A stretch of DNA of 63,419 nt, the filler included, from an uncultured Methanosarcinales archaeon (GTDB lineage Archaea > Nanobdellota > Nanobdellia > Woesearchaeales > CAYZNE01): NCBI GenBank assembly GCA_964405295.1. It is 3 parts of 3 records of this genome, joined end to end, with 100 filler letters (N's around TTAATTAATTAA, not from the genome) between each part and the next. Parts side by side here need not be neighbours in the genome. Positions count along the whole stretch, not along the records: positions 31,830 to 53,023 come from CAYONI010000008.1; positions 53,124 to 63,419 come from CAYONI010000015.1; 1 more part is not named here. One strand, given 5' to 3'. Below are positions 48,319-58,109 of the stretch, one piece after another. The notes under the pieces were generated by a model. It worked only from the letters and a program-made list of their open reading frames with translations, made no database searches and was not told the origin of the DNA. Made by a program: the position numbers and the translations under genes. How positions within the stretch are numbered: position 1 is the first letter of the stretch; each line of letters begins with the position of its first letter.

Positions 48319-49533
48319 TCAAATTAATTTTGAATAGTCGATCCTAGAGGCTTTCATTGCTGGTTCTAATGCGTACCTAATCGCATCTATACCGTGGTTA
48401 TAAGTATCAATAATATTAGGGGAGATGTCCCCTGTTACCCTATCAACTTTATAGCTATATAGTGAAAGCTCTTCTATTATATTTTTACAACGTGGGTGTA
48501 TAAATATCCTTCTATGGCTTTTTATAAAAGATATTCCATCTTCAACGCTTCCCTTACCCTTCTTACAAGCTTCTATTCGTGATAAGCCCTTACGCTTTAA
48601 ATAACTTATTGATTCGGGGCGGGCATTATCTGCTCTTATAACGTGCTTTTCTATATCTGGGATTTTTTCTTTTAAGAAATAAGCCGTGTCATCCAATTCT
48701 AAACCAATCTTAAAGGCTTCATATTCTATATATAAATTCTCCTCGTGAATCCAAACTTTACACCCTGCTGTCGGGTCATTAGAAAAACCAAAATCTAATC
48801 CATGGTAAGGTCTTTCCCATTTCCTGTCTGGCGTAAATTCTTTTATCTCCCACTTATCGGCAAAAACTGTCGCTTCATCATTCTTTAAATATGCTCCATC
48901 CCATACGTGCCGATATGTAGAAGCATCCATTATTTCCATATCCCTTATACGTTGTCTTTTTAAAGCCTCTGAAAGCCATTTGTTATCATAACAATGTATT
49001 TCTGCAATTAACGCATCCTTAGGAGGAAACTTTCTAAACCTTTTATCTACCGCTGAATTTTCTCTTTTAGGATTCCACAATACCCAAAGTTCTGATTTAT
49101 TAGATCTAATTGTTGGCTCTAATTCAAGCCAAGAATTTTCTCCTATATCTTCAGCTTCTTCAAGAATAGCAATATCTATTTGAGCCAGTGACTTAATAGA
49201 CCCCATCTTCTGTAATCCCTTGAATATAAATTCCGTACCGTTCGCCCCTCTTATGTAATCAATTCCTACATCGTAATGATGAGCAAGCCACGGCATTGAT
49301 TCTATGGCGTTTTTTAATTCAGCGTGAAATGATTCTTTAATAGATGATTGATATTCTCGGGTGCATAATATCCTTAACTTCTCTTGATACCCAAAGATTG
49401 AAGCCATTAAGGCAAAAGAAAAAGATTTTCCGCCACCACGTCCACCCCAAGATGCTCTATAACGAACAGACCCCCTAGGAGCTTTAAAAACAGGGATAAG
49501 CTTCTTAGGCAATTGAACTCTAACTTTCGTCAT
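48319..49533 (-). CDS. terL: Terminase large subunit (PBSX family)
   Basis: WGGRGGGKS, LCTREYQ.SIKES, LEEAE, PTIR, GLDFGF..DP, NHGIDAIRYA. Confidence 0.96.
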   Translation of the reverse strand: MTKVRVQLPKKLIPVFKAPRGSVRYRASWGGRGGGKSFSFALMASIFGYQEKLRILCTREYQSSIKESFHAELKNAIESMPWLAHHYDVGIDYIRGANGTEFIFKGLQKMGSIKSLAQIDIAILEEAEDIGENSWLELEPTIRSNKSELWVLWNPKRENSAVDKRFRKFPPKDALIAEIHCYDNKWLSEALKRQRIRDMEIMDASTYRHVWDGAYLKNDEATVFADKWEIKEFTPDRKWERPYHGLDFGFSNDPTAGCKVWIHEENLYIEYEAFKIGLELDDTAYFLKEKIPDIEKHVIRADNARPESISYLKRKGLSRIEACKKGKGSVEDGISFIKSHRRIFIHPRCKNIIEELSLYSYKVDRVTGDISPNIIDTYNHGIDAIRYALEPAMKASRIDYSKLI

Positions 49534-49936
49534 CTGGAGCTACTATCTCTATTACTGTTGGTGTTAAACTACCATCACTATTTTTATGGTCTATCTCTGT
49601 CTTATCAGATTGCCCCAGCCAATTCTTACCCAACCATATCGCCATTGTTGGATTTGTTTCAGACATCGCAAACTGCCTTCTCCTTAGTGACATTTTACCC
49701 CCGCTCCTCTTTTCGGCGTAATACTGTGTGAAAGTTTTACCTGTTTCATTCTTAAGCTTTTTGTTCAGATTACTATAATCTATATCTAAAATAGCTGATA
49801 TTTCCTCTCCTGTACATTGGATAAAACAAAGGCTATCAAGCTTTTTGTAATCTATTTCTTTTAAAGGTCTTCCCATCTTTTTTTTAGGAACGTTTGGATT
49901 TCTTTCTTTCTTTTTTCTAGGCATTTTCAACCTCAT
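49520..49936 (-). CDS. Terminase small subunit-like HTH protein
   Basis: GRP..EID, QCT.EEI, SLRRRQF, M.IWLGKNWLGQ.D; overlaps terL. Confidence 0.8.
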   Translation of the reverse strand: MRLKMPRKKKERNPNVPKKKMGRPLKEIDYKKLDSLCFIQCTGEEISAILDIDYSNLNKKLKNETGKTFTQYYAEKRSGGKMSLRRRQFAMSETNPTMAIWLGKNWLGQSDKTEIDHKNSDGSLTPTVIEIVAPDDES

Positions 49937-51221
49937 TTAATTCTTCTATTTGTATATCTATATCTCCACAATTTTGTGCGGCTTTTTTCCCGTCTCCTTT
50001 TACAAATATTAAAATATTTTGGTGACATTTACCTAATTTTCTAGACGCTTTCATTTGTTTTCCAGCCCTTAAAGGTAATGACCCAACGCATGTAACTAAT
50101 ATAGCCTCATTGTAATAATTAAATCCTGCGTCTGTAAAGGCTTTTATGGTATCCCCTACAAAATTATAATAGTTACCTTTTTTATCCCTTAATTCTCCAA
50201 CAACCCAAACAGCAAACCTATCATTTTTCAATAAATCATAGCATTCTGATATTATAATTCTATACGCCTCTAAAAATTTATCATATGTCATATTGGAAAT
50301 ATCATCTGGGTCTTTAGAATAAACTTCTAAATTAGCGTATGGAGGACAACTAAAAATAGCGTCTGCTTTAATATCGCCTACTAATGACTTTATTTTTTTA
50401 CTATCTCCTATTGTCCAAACTGGAAATATATCTTTACAAATGTTTAATGCTTGGTTTCTGTTGGCTTCTACTTGTGTTTTGCTTAAATCATTGCCAATGT
50501 ACTGCCTTTGACAAAGAGAAGCAACTATCCCTCTTACTGAACCGCCAGCAAACGGGTCTAATATCAATCCGTTATTAGGAGAAAACCATTTATAAGCTAG
50601 TTCACATAAAACTGGGTCAAATACTGATGTCTCGTTTTCAAGAAGTAAATTATCACCATAAGTTAAATCTACCCCTCTTCCTTCTTCGCTTTTTATACCA
50701 TTGCTTAACCATTCTTTTTTTCTACTTTGCCATCTTCCCTCTCTAGCATTAAAAACAGTGAAAGGGCTGAAACCAAATATTTTGTTCATATTTCCTGATT
50801 TACTTTCTTCCTGCAAATCTTCTTCTTGTTCAAGATTGCTTAGCTCATCTTCATCAAAGCCTAATAAATCTAAATCAAAGTCCATCTCTTTTAAGCTTTC
50901 AATTTCAAGCTTCAATAGGTCTTCGTCCCAACCTGCGTTTTCTGCTAATTTGTTATCTGCGATTATATAAGCTTTCCTTTGCGCCCTAGATAGCCCCTTT
51001 AATATAATACATGGAACAGTATCCATTTTCTCTTTCTGTGCCGCTAACAGCCTACAATGTCCCGCTATTATGTTGTTCTTCTCATCAATCAATATAGGAT
51101 TACAAAAGCCAAATTCTCTTATACTTGATACTACTTGATTTATCTGCTTTTCTGTGTGCGTTCTTGTATTATTTATATACGGTATCAAATCTTCTGTCTT
51201 CTTATATAAAATCTCTAACAT
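49917..51221 (-). CDS. ParB/Srx N-terminal domain fused to a DNA methyltransferase
   Basis: LIPY.NN.RTH, SIREFGF..PILID, IIAGH.R, IADNKL; C-terminal LDPFAGG (motif I) and SCPPY (motif IV). Confidence 0.9.
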   Translation of the reverse strand: MLEILYKKTEDLIPYINNTRTHTEKQINQVVSSIREFGFCNPILIDEKNNIIAGHCRLLAAQKEKMDTVPCIILKGLSRAQRKAYIIADNKLAENAGWDEDLLKLEIESLKEMDFDLDLLGFDEDELSNLEQEEDLQEESKSGNMNKIFGFSPFTVFNAREGRWQSRKKEWLSNGIKSEEGRGVDLTYGDNLLLENETSVFDPVLCELAYKWFSPNNGLILDPFAGGSVRGIVASLCQRQYIGNDLSKTQVEANRNQALNICKDIFPVWTIGDSKKIKSLVGDIKADAIFSCPPYANLEVYSKDPDDISNMTYDKFLEAYRIIISECYDLLKNDRFAVWVVGELRDKKGNYYNFVGDTIKAFTDAGFNYYNEAILVTCVGSLPLRAGKQMKASRKLGKCHQNILIFVKGDGKKAAQNCGDIDIQIEELNEVENA

Positions 51222-51249
51222 TTAATTACTCCTTGATATGCTTTCTATT

Positions 51250-51693
51250 TTAAACCTCAAAAATATCACCATTAGGGTACGTTATATGACACCAATTTAA
51301 TATAATCATGCTTCTTTCATTTTGATAATTTTTCCAACCGTATTTTCCACATGTATATGCTAAACATATCCTTGATAATTTTTCCTGAACTTCTTCATCT
51401 TCTCCATTATATTCATCCCTAAAATATCCAAAAGCTAATACTATATAATGATCTTCTGGAATTTTCTCGATAGACTCTTCCCACTTTGTATCTTTTACAT
51501 CATCAACATCATCAACATCAGAATCCTCAATTTTTTCTTGATCATCTATATTAGGCATATTAAGAGAATTAATCATATTAATCTCTTTCTCATATACTTT
51601 ATCTACTGCTTCAAAATAGCTATTTACTAAAGAATCTTCTCCTAACATTATATGTTCAGGAATCTTAATCTCTCTAAATTTCTTCATATCCAT
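51250..51693 (-). CDS. Hypothetical phage protein
   Basis: 147-aa ORF; C-terminus W......P...VLA...W..I.NW resembles DUF551. Confidence 0.6.
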   Translation of the reverse strand: MDMKKFREIKIPEHIMLGEDSLVNSYFEAVDKVYEKEINMINSLNMPNIDDQEKIEDSDVDDVDDVKDTKWEESIEKIPEDHYIVLAFGYFRDEYNGEDEEVQEKLSRICLAYTCGKYGWKNYQNERSMIILNWCHITYPNGDIFEV

Positions 51694-51695
51694 AT

Positions 51696-52199
51696 TTAAG
51701 CCTTTATGTCGTTAAGATTAATTTTATTAATTACCTTGGTAAACCCTATGTCAATACTATACCCATACATCGCTAAATAATCAAAAAGTCGCTCGCACGT
51801 AAATTTCTTAGTACCCTTAAAAAGTAGCGTTATATAATAACCTGAAAAACCTAGCTTATCATTAAACTTCTTTAGGCTTCCCTCTTCTTCTATTATTGCA
51901 TTCTTTAAGAAGTCTATTAGCTCACTTATTGTTTTTTTAGAATCAGCATTTAAAAAACCCTTAGCTTCTTCTCCTTCTTTCTGAACTACTATCTTCAAGG
52001 AATAATCATATATAGCAAAATAATCAATGATCCTTTCGAAAGTAAACTCTGTTCCCTTCTCTGAAAAAAGCGAATAGATAAATTCTCTTGTCGTTCCAAC
52101 TCTTTTAGCAAAGCTCCTAATATCATCATCAATATAAATAATTATCTTGTGCAATGATTCTAAAAGAGAAGCTTTCTGCTCACCTAAACTTTTAAACAA
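51696..52199 (-). CDS. Hypothetical protein with two internal XRE/HTH-like repeats
   Basis: FTFERIIDYFAIYDYSLKI and FTCERLFDYLAMYGYSIDI. Confidence 0.65.
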   Translation of the reverse strand: MFKSLGEQKASLLESLHKIIIYIDDDIRSFAKRVGTTREFIYSLFSEKGTEFTFERIIDYFAIYDYSLKIVVQKEGEEAKGFLNADSKKTISELIDFLKNAIIEEEGSLKKFNDKLGFSGYYITLLFKGTKKFTCERLFDYLAMYGYSIDIGFTKVINKINLNDIKA

Positions 52200-52224
52200 T
52201 TTTCAAACTCCTTTTTATTTATTA

Positions 52225-52629
52225 TTAGAATGGTAAATCCTCGTCCATTGGAACAGCTTCTTGCTTCGCCTTACCTTCCTGAATAACCTGCCCTTCTTTT
52301 TCTTCTTCTTCTTCTTTTTTTCCGCTAAACGGACTAAAATTTATAGAATTAACAATAACATCTAATGATACCTTGCTAGTACCGTCTTTAGCTTCATATA
52401 TGCTAGGTATCTGTAATACCCCGTTAATTATTACCGCACTACCTTTTTTAACGTATTCCATAAACTTTTGAGAATAGTTAAAGATTGTGCAACGATACCA
52501 AGTTGAACATTCCTCTCCGTTCTTCTTTGAATTGCTAACAACGCTAAGGGTATAAAACTTGTTACCGCTTTGCGATGTTTTAAGCTCGGGCGTTTGCCCT
52601 ACTCTTCCGATAATTTGAATATGGTTCAA
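52225..52629 (-). CDS. ssb: Single-stranded DNA-binding protein (bacterial type)
   Basis: MN..IIGR.G..PE, TWYRC, Y.KKGS.V...G.L, acidic EDLPF tail. Confidence 0.95.
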   Translation of the reverse strand: MNHIQIIGRVGQTPELKTSQSGNKFYTLSVVSNSKKNGEECSTWYRCTIFNYSQKFMEYVKKGSAVIINGVLQIPSIYEAKDGTSKVSLDVIVNSINFSPFSGKKEEEEEKEGQVIQEGKAKQEAVPMDEDLPF

Positions 52630-52908
52630 ATCTTACTCCATTTTTTAATTATAATTCTTAATGTTATTTCTGGCTTCCTATCCCAACTAATATTATTATT
52701 GCGCAGAATATTAAACCAAATATAAATTGCTCATTAATTTCCATCTTAAACCCACTGAGAGCAAGCTCTGACCCACAAATCAACCTTAAAAAATAGGTCA
52801 AAGCTCACTAAATTTAAACACTAATATAACCTATTAATTATATTAAGTAAAGCAATAAGCGCCAAATATTGAGATTAAATATCATCGCATTTCTAGCCTA
52901 TTTATGCC

Positions 52909-52941
52909 CGTGGTGAACTAAACATCTATTTGTTCACCACG
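52909..52941. terminator. 10-bp inverted repeat (possible terminator or operator)
   Basis: CGTGGTGAAC-N13-GTTCACCACG. Confidence 0.45.
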
Positions 52942-53023
52942 AAATTAAATCAGGCTTTTTGATTAGTCTAGACTTCTTCTGTTAGCGTTAGCTTTTCATA
53001 TAATTTGTCAAAATCATTCTTAT

Positions 53024-53123
53024 NNNNNNNNNNNNNNNNNNNNNNNNNNNNNNNNNNNNNNNNNNNNTTAATTAATTAANNNNNNNNNNNNNNNNNNNNN
53101 NNNNNNNNNNNNNNNNNNNNNNN
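53024..53123. other. Artificial contig-joining linker
   Basis: 44 N + TTAATTAATTAA + 44 N, identical to 31730-31829. Confidence 0.97.
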
Positions 53124-53516
53124 GTGCTTAGGATAATTTGTTACCCAATATATTTTGTTTAAATTTCCTTTTACTCTTATCTTTTTAATATGCTCAGCTA
53201 ATTTTCTAACTGCTTCACCTCTACCCCAATATTCTTTATCCATGCTAAAAACTTGGATCAAAATATCCTTAGATAGTGGGTCAACGTTAAACCATAACAT
53301 CCCTTTGACTTGGTTCTCTTTGTCTGCTAAAACATATAAGTGGTTAAAAGGATTGAGCACAACCCCCTTGTCACCCTGCATCATACAGTTTATTTGGTGG
53401 TAACGAAAAAACTCATCTATGGAGTAATCTCTATCCCTTACTTGCTCAACTAGGTAGTGCGGCACGTGATCTGGAGTGAACACCCTAACCCATCTAAGTT
53501 CTTCTATTTTTTTCAT
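53124..53516 (-). CDS. GNAT-fold protein (3' truncated)
   Basis: FSMDKEYWGRG acetyl-CoA-binding-like motif; position after the tail genes. Confidence 0.55.
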
Positions 53517-53524
53517 TTTGTATC

Positions 53525-54067
53525 CTATTCGTCTGCGATACCTATATACTTACTGTGCATTATGAGCCTTCCCGATGCTGGCACAGCTAAATTAACAGTC
53601 GCTGCGGCCGTTGTGACTCTATATATTTCACCACGATATGTATTAGGTATTGCGTTAATTACTAAATAATTTCCTGCAAAAGCAACACTTGAAGATTGGA
53701 CTGTGCCAACAAAAGGCATGCCATCTGACAGCGTTACATTGTAGGGTAGTTCTAAATATAAATTTCCGGCTGCGGTTGTTGAAGACCATGCTATGTCTGC
53801 AAAAACCTCTGTATATATGCCCTGTCTGATTGACCAACCAACTTGCTGAGTATAAGTGAAGGTGCCGTCTACTGTACCGTTAAGAGTGGGAGTCCATTGT
53901 GATTGGTCAACGTCAGCATCATTTCTGATAAAGCCATTAATATTATCTGTAAGATTTTCGTACATGTCCTGTAGCTCGTAGACTAGATCCTGCAAATATC
54001 TATCCATATCGGCATCGCTATCATAGTTGACTCTCAAAGGTAATATTATTTCAGACGGTAAACTCAT
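53525..54067 (-). CDS. Tail-associated structural protein
   Basis: N-terminal helix then WTPTL.G...G...Y beta domain; overlaps the nozzle gene. Confidence 0.6.
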   Translation of the reverse strand: MSLPSEIILPLRVNYDSDADMDRYLQDLVYELQDMYENLTDNINGFIRNDADVDQSQWTPTLNGTVDGTFTYTQQVGWSIRQGIYTEVFADIAWSSTTAAGNLYLELPYNVTLSDGMPFVGTVQSSSVAFAGNYLVINAIPNTYRGEIYRVTTAAATVNLAVPASGRLIMHSKYIGIADE

Positions 54068-56232
54068 TAATTAGCCATCCTTCCCATCGGTTTGAATTTT
54101 GGATCAAAGCCGTGTATTCTAAATGGTTCATTAGTCCCACCAGATGTGAATTTCATTATATGTTGAAAGCCAACTCCGCCTGCAAAAACTCTTTTCCAAG
54201 TCTTAGTTTTGTAAAATAATTTATGATAGAGTCCGCCACCACTAGAATATGTACCGAAATCTACAGGCGTTCCATCTATGCCATCCAACGTAAAGCTATT
54301 GTCGTCGACTACCGTAATAACGTAAGATGTTGAGCTCTCACCACTATTAATATCTTCCATGCCTTCGACACCATAAATATATATCTCGTCACCAGTTGCA
54401 AGGCCATGATCAGGCGCTCCAACAGCCACAGGATTAGTTTTTGTTGCTGAAATTATATTTGTTATAAAATGGAGATTTGGTAGAAAATCTAGCTGTCGTG
54501 TTAGATATGGAGACTGCTCGGTATCTTTGTAAAAACTAATAGTTCCTTTCGTTGCTTTATCTGTATCGAAATAAATGTCGACATATTGAAATCTGGCTTC
54601 TTTGCTTTGATCTTTGTATGGATTCCATCCAGCAGTCACAAATTCTGAATCAATAGATAAGCCATTATCAGATGTGCCAGTTTCTAATTTAAATACTAAC
54701 CCATCAATGTTTCCACCTAAGAAAATCTCTTGATTATCAACGAAAAAATATGAGAGTAACGTTTCGTCACTATACTCTTTGATCTCTTTATCTTCATGAT
54801 TGGCTGCTGTAAAATCATTTAAGGCAAAATCTTTTGAGACGTTACCATATCCAAGGCAATTCATATCAATTTTATAAGTAGAAAAGGCTCCAGAATCGTC
54901 ATCATAAATTAGCGCTGCTTCGTTCTCAGTGCTAGTTGTGTCACTTTTGTTATACAGAGTCCACCATTTTTTTTCAGCAAAACTTCGTTCGCAAAACACC
55001 TTTTCAAACTCATTATCATCGATTTCATTAGTACAAAAATCACTTATTCTGTCGTCAATTCGTCTTGTTTCTACGCCATCAGTAGAAGTAATTCCTCTGA
55101 TACCTAGTGCTGTTGCATATCTGTCATAGCCAACAGTTGCCATTTTACCTTGACAAGCTCTAAAATTATTAATTCTTCTCCATTTAAAAGCTCTGCTTGG
55201 ATCTGATGTTGGTGTTAAAGACCAAACAGAATTTGTGAAAAAAACAATAATCTGATTTTGTATTAGACGAGCCGAGATGATTTGTTCACCTGTTGCCGCG
55301 TTTGTATATCCACCACCTCCGGCAACCACATCGTTCCATTTTTCTGGATTCTGTTTAGCACACCATCGTGCTCTTTGTGGGTAGTTTTTTGTAGTTCCAG
55401 TTGACCCATCATATTCATATGTATTTAAAACAATCAGACGTTGACCAAGTGAAAATATTAACTTTGCACCATCTAATATTCTCTGTGTAATTGGAGCAGC
55501 AGGACTTAAAACAGGATTGAAAGGCTTTGTGTTAAGATTGTCGTCAGTCCCATCATAATACCTAAGGCCATCAACTGTAGCAGCACCAGCAGGTGTCCCC
55601 TGTTTTCCATTAGTAAAATACATTCTATTTGTGCCCGAACCAGATTGCCAATTCGCTGATAAAAAATAATCATATTCTCCTCCGCTAGCTATATTTGCTG
55701 CATCAAGTCTTAGAAATACTTGTGGCGTTGCTGCTGTATCAAACCTATATGCTCGTCTTGTATTAAATGCTATTGTTGTTTTGCCACCACCAGCTTCGAC
55801 ATAACGAGTTATTCCCATTACTCGATCTTCACTAATATTAGTTATTGTTCCGCCTGTTGTATAGGCTGTGTATGTAGTAGTAGCAACTCCTATTGAAAAT
55901 GTAGTTGGCGCAGTAACTGTTATAGTATAATTGACTCCATTTACTTCAGTCATTCCGAGTACATCTGAAAAATATACTACATCACCACTAACATAACCAT
56001 GGGCGGCAGTAGTAGTTACAACACCTGTTGCTGCTTGAGATATATTAGATATTGAAATTGTAACATCAACTAATGTTCCAAATTCAGAAAAGCCCTCTCT
56101 TTTTTGCAAATAACCATGTTTAATATGGATGTTGTCTAGCGAGCTAAAAGAGTCAGCAGGAGCAATCCAAGGCTCCATATCAGAGTCCAACCCAGTTTTA
56201 AAAGATGATATATTTGTTGAAGAGGTGCTCAT
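54067..56232 (-). CDS. Tail nozzle/DNA stabilisation protein (P22 gp10/T7 gp12-like) with two FCCH-like inserts
   Basis: 721 aa, beta-rich; GL.....PW..P.D.F..L.N.....G.L.KR.G N-terminus; HG...GD.V......GM...N repeat twice. Confidence 0.75.
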   Translation of the reverse strand: MSTSSTNISSFKTGLDSDMEPWIAPADSFSSLDNIHIKHGYLQKREGFSEFGTLVDVTISISNISQAATGVVTTTAAHGYVSGDVVYFSDVLGMTEVNGVNYTITVTAPTTFSIGVATTTYTAYTTGGTITNISEDRVMGITRYVEAGGGKTTIAFNTRRAYRFDTAATPQVFLRLDAANIASGGEYDYFLSANWQSGSGTNRMYFTNGKQGTPAGAATVDGLRYYDGTDDNLNTKPFNPVLSPAAPITQRILDGAKLIFSLGQRLIVLNTYEYDGSTGTTKNYPQRARWCAKQNPEKWNDVVAGGGGYTNAATGEQIISARLIQNQIIVFFTNSVWSLTPTSDPSRAFKWRRINNFRACQGKMATVGYDRYATALGIRGITSTDGVETRRIDDRISDFCTNEIDDNEFEKVFCERSFAEKKWWTLYNKSDTTSTENEAALIYDDDSGAFSTYKIDMNCLGYGNVSKDFALNDFTAANHEDKEIKEYSDETLLSYFFVDNQEIFLGGNIDGLVFKLETGTSDNGLSIDSEFVTAGWNPYKDQSKEARFQYVDIYFDTDKATKGTISFYKDTEQSPYLTRQLDFLPNLHFITNIISATKTNPVAVGAPDHGLATGDEIYIYGVEGMEDINSGESSTSYVITVVDDNSFTLDGIDGTPVDFGTYSSGGGLYHKLFYKTKTWKRVFAGGVGFQHIMKFTSGGTNEPFRIHGFDPKFKPMGRMAN

Positions 56233-56778
56233 TTAAACCCCAATTGCAAAATAATAAACGGTTAATGCTCCGGCTGAACTGCTCCTTTTTATTTTAAATT
56301 GAGTAGCAGTAAAAGCAGTTGCACCTAAAGTTGAGGCTGTTCCGCCTGCTTGTGTGAAAGTTATAGATTGCTGAGTAGTAAATGGAACTTTAAAAGTAAG
56401 CAGACCTGTTTCTGCTGTTCCAGCTGTAAGAGTATATTTCCCCCAATTCATTGTTACACCCCAAGGCAACTTAACGCCATAGTTAGTACCAGTATTTGTA
56501 ACAGTAAATCCAGTAAGCTGTGTTTTTACAGAATCAGGATCTATCGCATATAATTGCGGCTTCCCTGCTGTATTTTGTTTAGAATATAGTTTTACAGCAT
56601 CTGATAAAACAGTAGGGTCTGAAGGAATGCCACCAACCTCATCTCTATCTGCAAAATTTACAGCACGTGGCATAAAAGTATCATCTGCTGATTCTATAGC
56701 GTCCCAGTTAGGAGTTATTACGTCTCCCAAATTTCTTATCTTTGTTGATCCCTGTGGCTTAGTTTTGTCCCAGACCAT
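56233..56778 (-). CDS. Short tail fibre/gp53-like domain protein
   Basis: KLPWG..MNWG, F..PF, YYFAIG C-terminal motif. Confidence 0.75.
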   Translation of the reverse strand: MVWDKTKPQGSTKIRNLGDVITPNWDAIESADDTFMPRAVNFADRDEVGGIPSDPTVLSDAVKLYSKQNTAGKPQLYAIDPDSVKTQLTGFTVTNTGTNYGVKLPWGVTMNWGKYTLTAGTAETGLLTFKVPFTTQQSITFTQAGGTASTLGATAFTATQFKIKRSSSAGALTVYYFAIGV

Positions 56779-56788
56779 TATTTACTCC

Positions 56789-57685
56789 TTAAAAGTTTGG
56801 AAGAGCTCTTACATTTAGTAAGTCTTGCTCTGTTCGTGTTAAAATATAGTTGACCTGCTCCTTATAAAGCGTTGTCGTTTCTGAATATGCTTCGTTCTCT
56901 CCAAAATCTGTAAATATATCCCTAGCTGTTCCGTATGCAATGCAAGGCCCCCATTCGTTTAAGTCTGGCGTATCTGTTGAATTTTCTAGCGCCGTAACAA
57001 TTTGATAAGATCTCATTTTTATAATATATAACTGATCTGGCACTGGAAAAAGTTGGAATTTATTTTCAAAATATAATATCGCTTCGGGTCTCCCAGTATT
57101 GAAAAGAATATAATTTAAGTAAATCAACTGACCGTCTGTTGGCGCAGCATTGAACGTTACCGATATTACCCCTGTACTATAATTGATAGTCGCTGTTCCT
57201 GCCTCTGAACCTGTAATCGTTATGTCTGCTGTAGTGTAAGTTGTGGTTATGTCTTCAAATGTTTCAGTATTATCCGAAATTGTTAAAGTTGACGGGTATA
57301 TTGGAAATCCAGTTATCGTTGTTGTAAACGTTACTGTAGCTCCGTCTCCCGTCCAAGGATTTGAAAACGTATACTGAAGGGGATTTTCTTGTTCGAAAAT
57401 AGCTGAATCTTGGTACCATAGCATCGATAAGTTGTTAACAGTTGCTGGTGGCTCGAAGTTAGTATATAGCTCGTCCGGTGCTGCGTATGTAGCTTGATTT
57501 GGTGTTGTTGCAAAATCATAAAAGACATGCTTTTGCTCAAGCTTTACTTCTGCTGGAAAAGTATATAGATAATATTTATTCAGTCTGTCACTTAATTCTG
57601 TGTTAGACATATCATCTTCACTAAATCGTCCAGTAACCTGTCTGATTTTTTGCATTATTTCTGCTTTAGTCCAAGTCATTCCCAT
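56789..57685 (-). CDS. Head-tail adaptor protein
   Basis: I..KIR.VT, LN.YY, G.P.., LFPVPD..Y.I, W...IAYG.A. Confidence 0.75.
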   Translation of the reverse strand: MGMTWTKAEIMQKIRQVTGRFSEDDMSNTELSDRLNKYYLYTFPAEVKLEQKHVFYDFATTPNQATYAAPDELYTNFEPPATVNNLSMLWYQDSAIFEQENPLQYTFSNPWTGDGATVTFTTTITGFPIYPSTLTISDNTETFEDITTTYTTADITITGSEAGTATINYSTGVISVTFNAAPTDGQLIYLNYILFNTGRPEAILYFENKFQLFPVPDQLYIIKMRSYQIVTALENSTDTPDLNEWGPCIAYGTARDIFTDFGENEAYSETTTLYKEQVNYILTRTEQDLLNVRALPNF

Positions 57686-57686
57686 T

Positions 57687-58046
57687 TTATCCTCCGTATA
57701 CCTGTCTCATCTGAAACCGTGAATTATTTCCAATTAATTTTTTAGTCATTCCACCTTCACCATTAGGACGCCAATCCCAAATAGGTGTGTTTCTTGACTC
57801 TATCCATTGTGCGATAAATCTTGGAAGCGTATATTTGCCCCCATGAAATAACGTAAAATTGTGGTTTCTCTTAGCATTTCCATAAGGGAAACGATGGGAA
57901 AGACCCGCTTCTTCTATGTTCATAAACTCAAACTCGCATACCTCTCGAAGGAAAGCTTCTTCCTTTTCACTTTTCGGTTGCTTACCAATAATGGGCAACT
58001 TCTGAAGGTTTTTCATTAATGCGTCTTGATTTTTTACTTCACTCAT
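57687..58046 (-). CDS. Hypothetical phage protein
   Basis: GAGG RBS; G.KYTLP.FIA motif; abuts the adaptor gene. Confidence 0.7.
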   Translation of the reverse strand: MSEVKNQDALMKNLQKLPIIGKQPKSEKEEAFLREVCEFEFMNIEEAGLSHRFPYGNAKRNHNFTLFHGGKYTLPRFIAQWIESRNTPIWDWRPNGEGGMTKKLIGNNSRFQMRQVYGG

Positions 58047-58059
58047 CTCTACCTCGCGT

Positions 58060-58098
58060 AAATAAAAGGGAGGGGAAAACTAAGTCCCCCAACCCTTT
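58060..58098 (-). terminator. Intrinsic terminator after the capsid/decoration genes
   Basis: mRNA AAAGGG-UUG-GGGGA-loop-UCCCC-U-CCCUUU followed by UAUUU. Confidence 0.7.
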
Positions 58099-58109
58099 GT
58101 GGTTCATTT

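Larger units (their letters stand above)
31830..53023 (-). mobile_element. Myovirus (contractile-tailed Caudoviricetes) contig with a bacterial host
   Basis: Collinear terS-terL-portal-F-protease-cement-MCP-neck-sheath-tube-TAC-TMP-baseplate-fibre; AGGAG RBSs; bacterial SSB. Confidence 0.95.
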
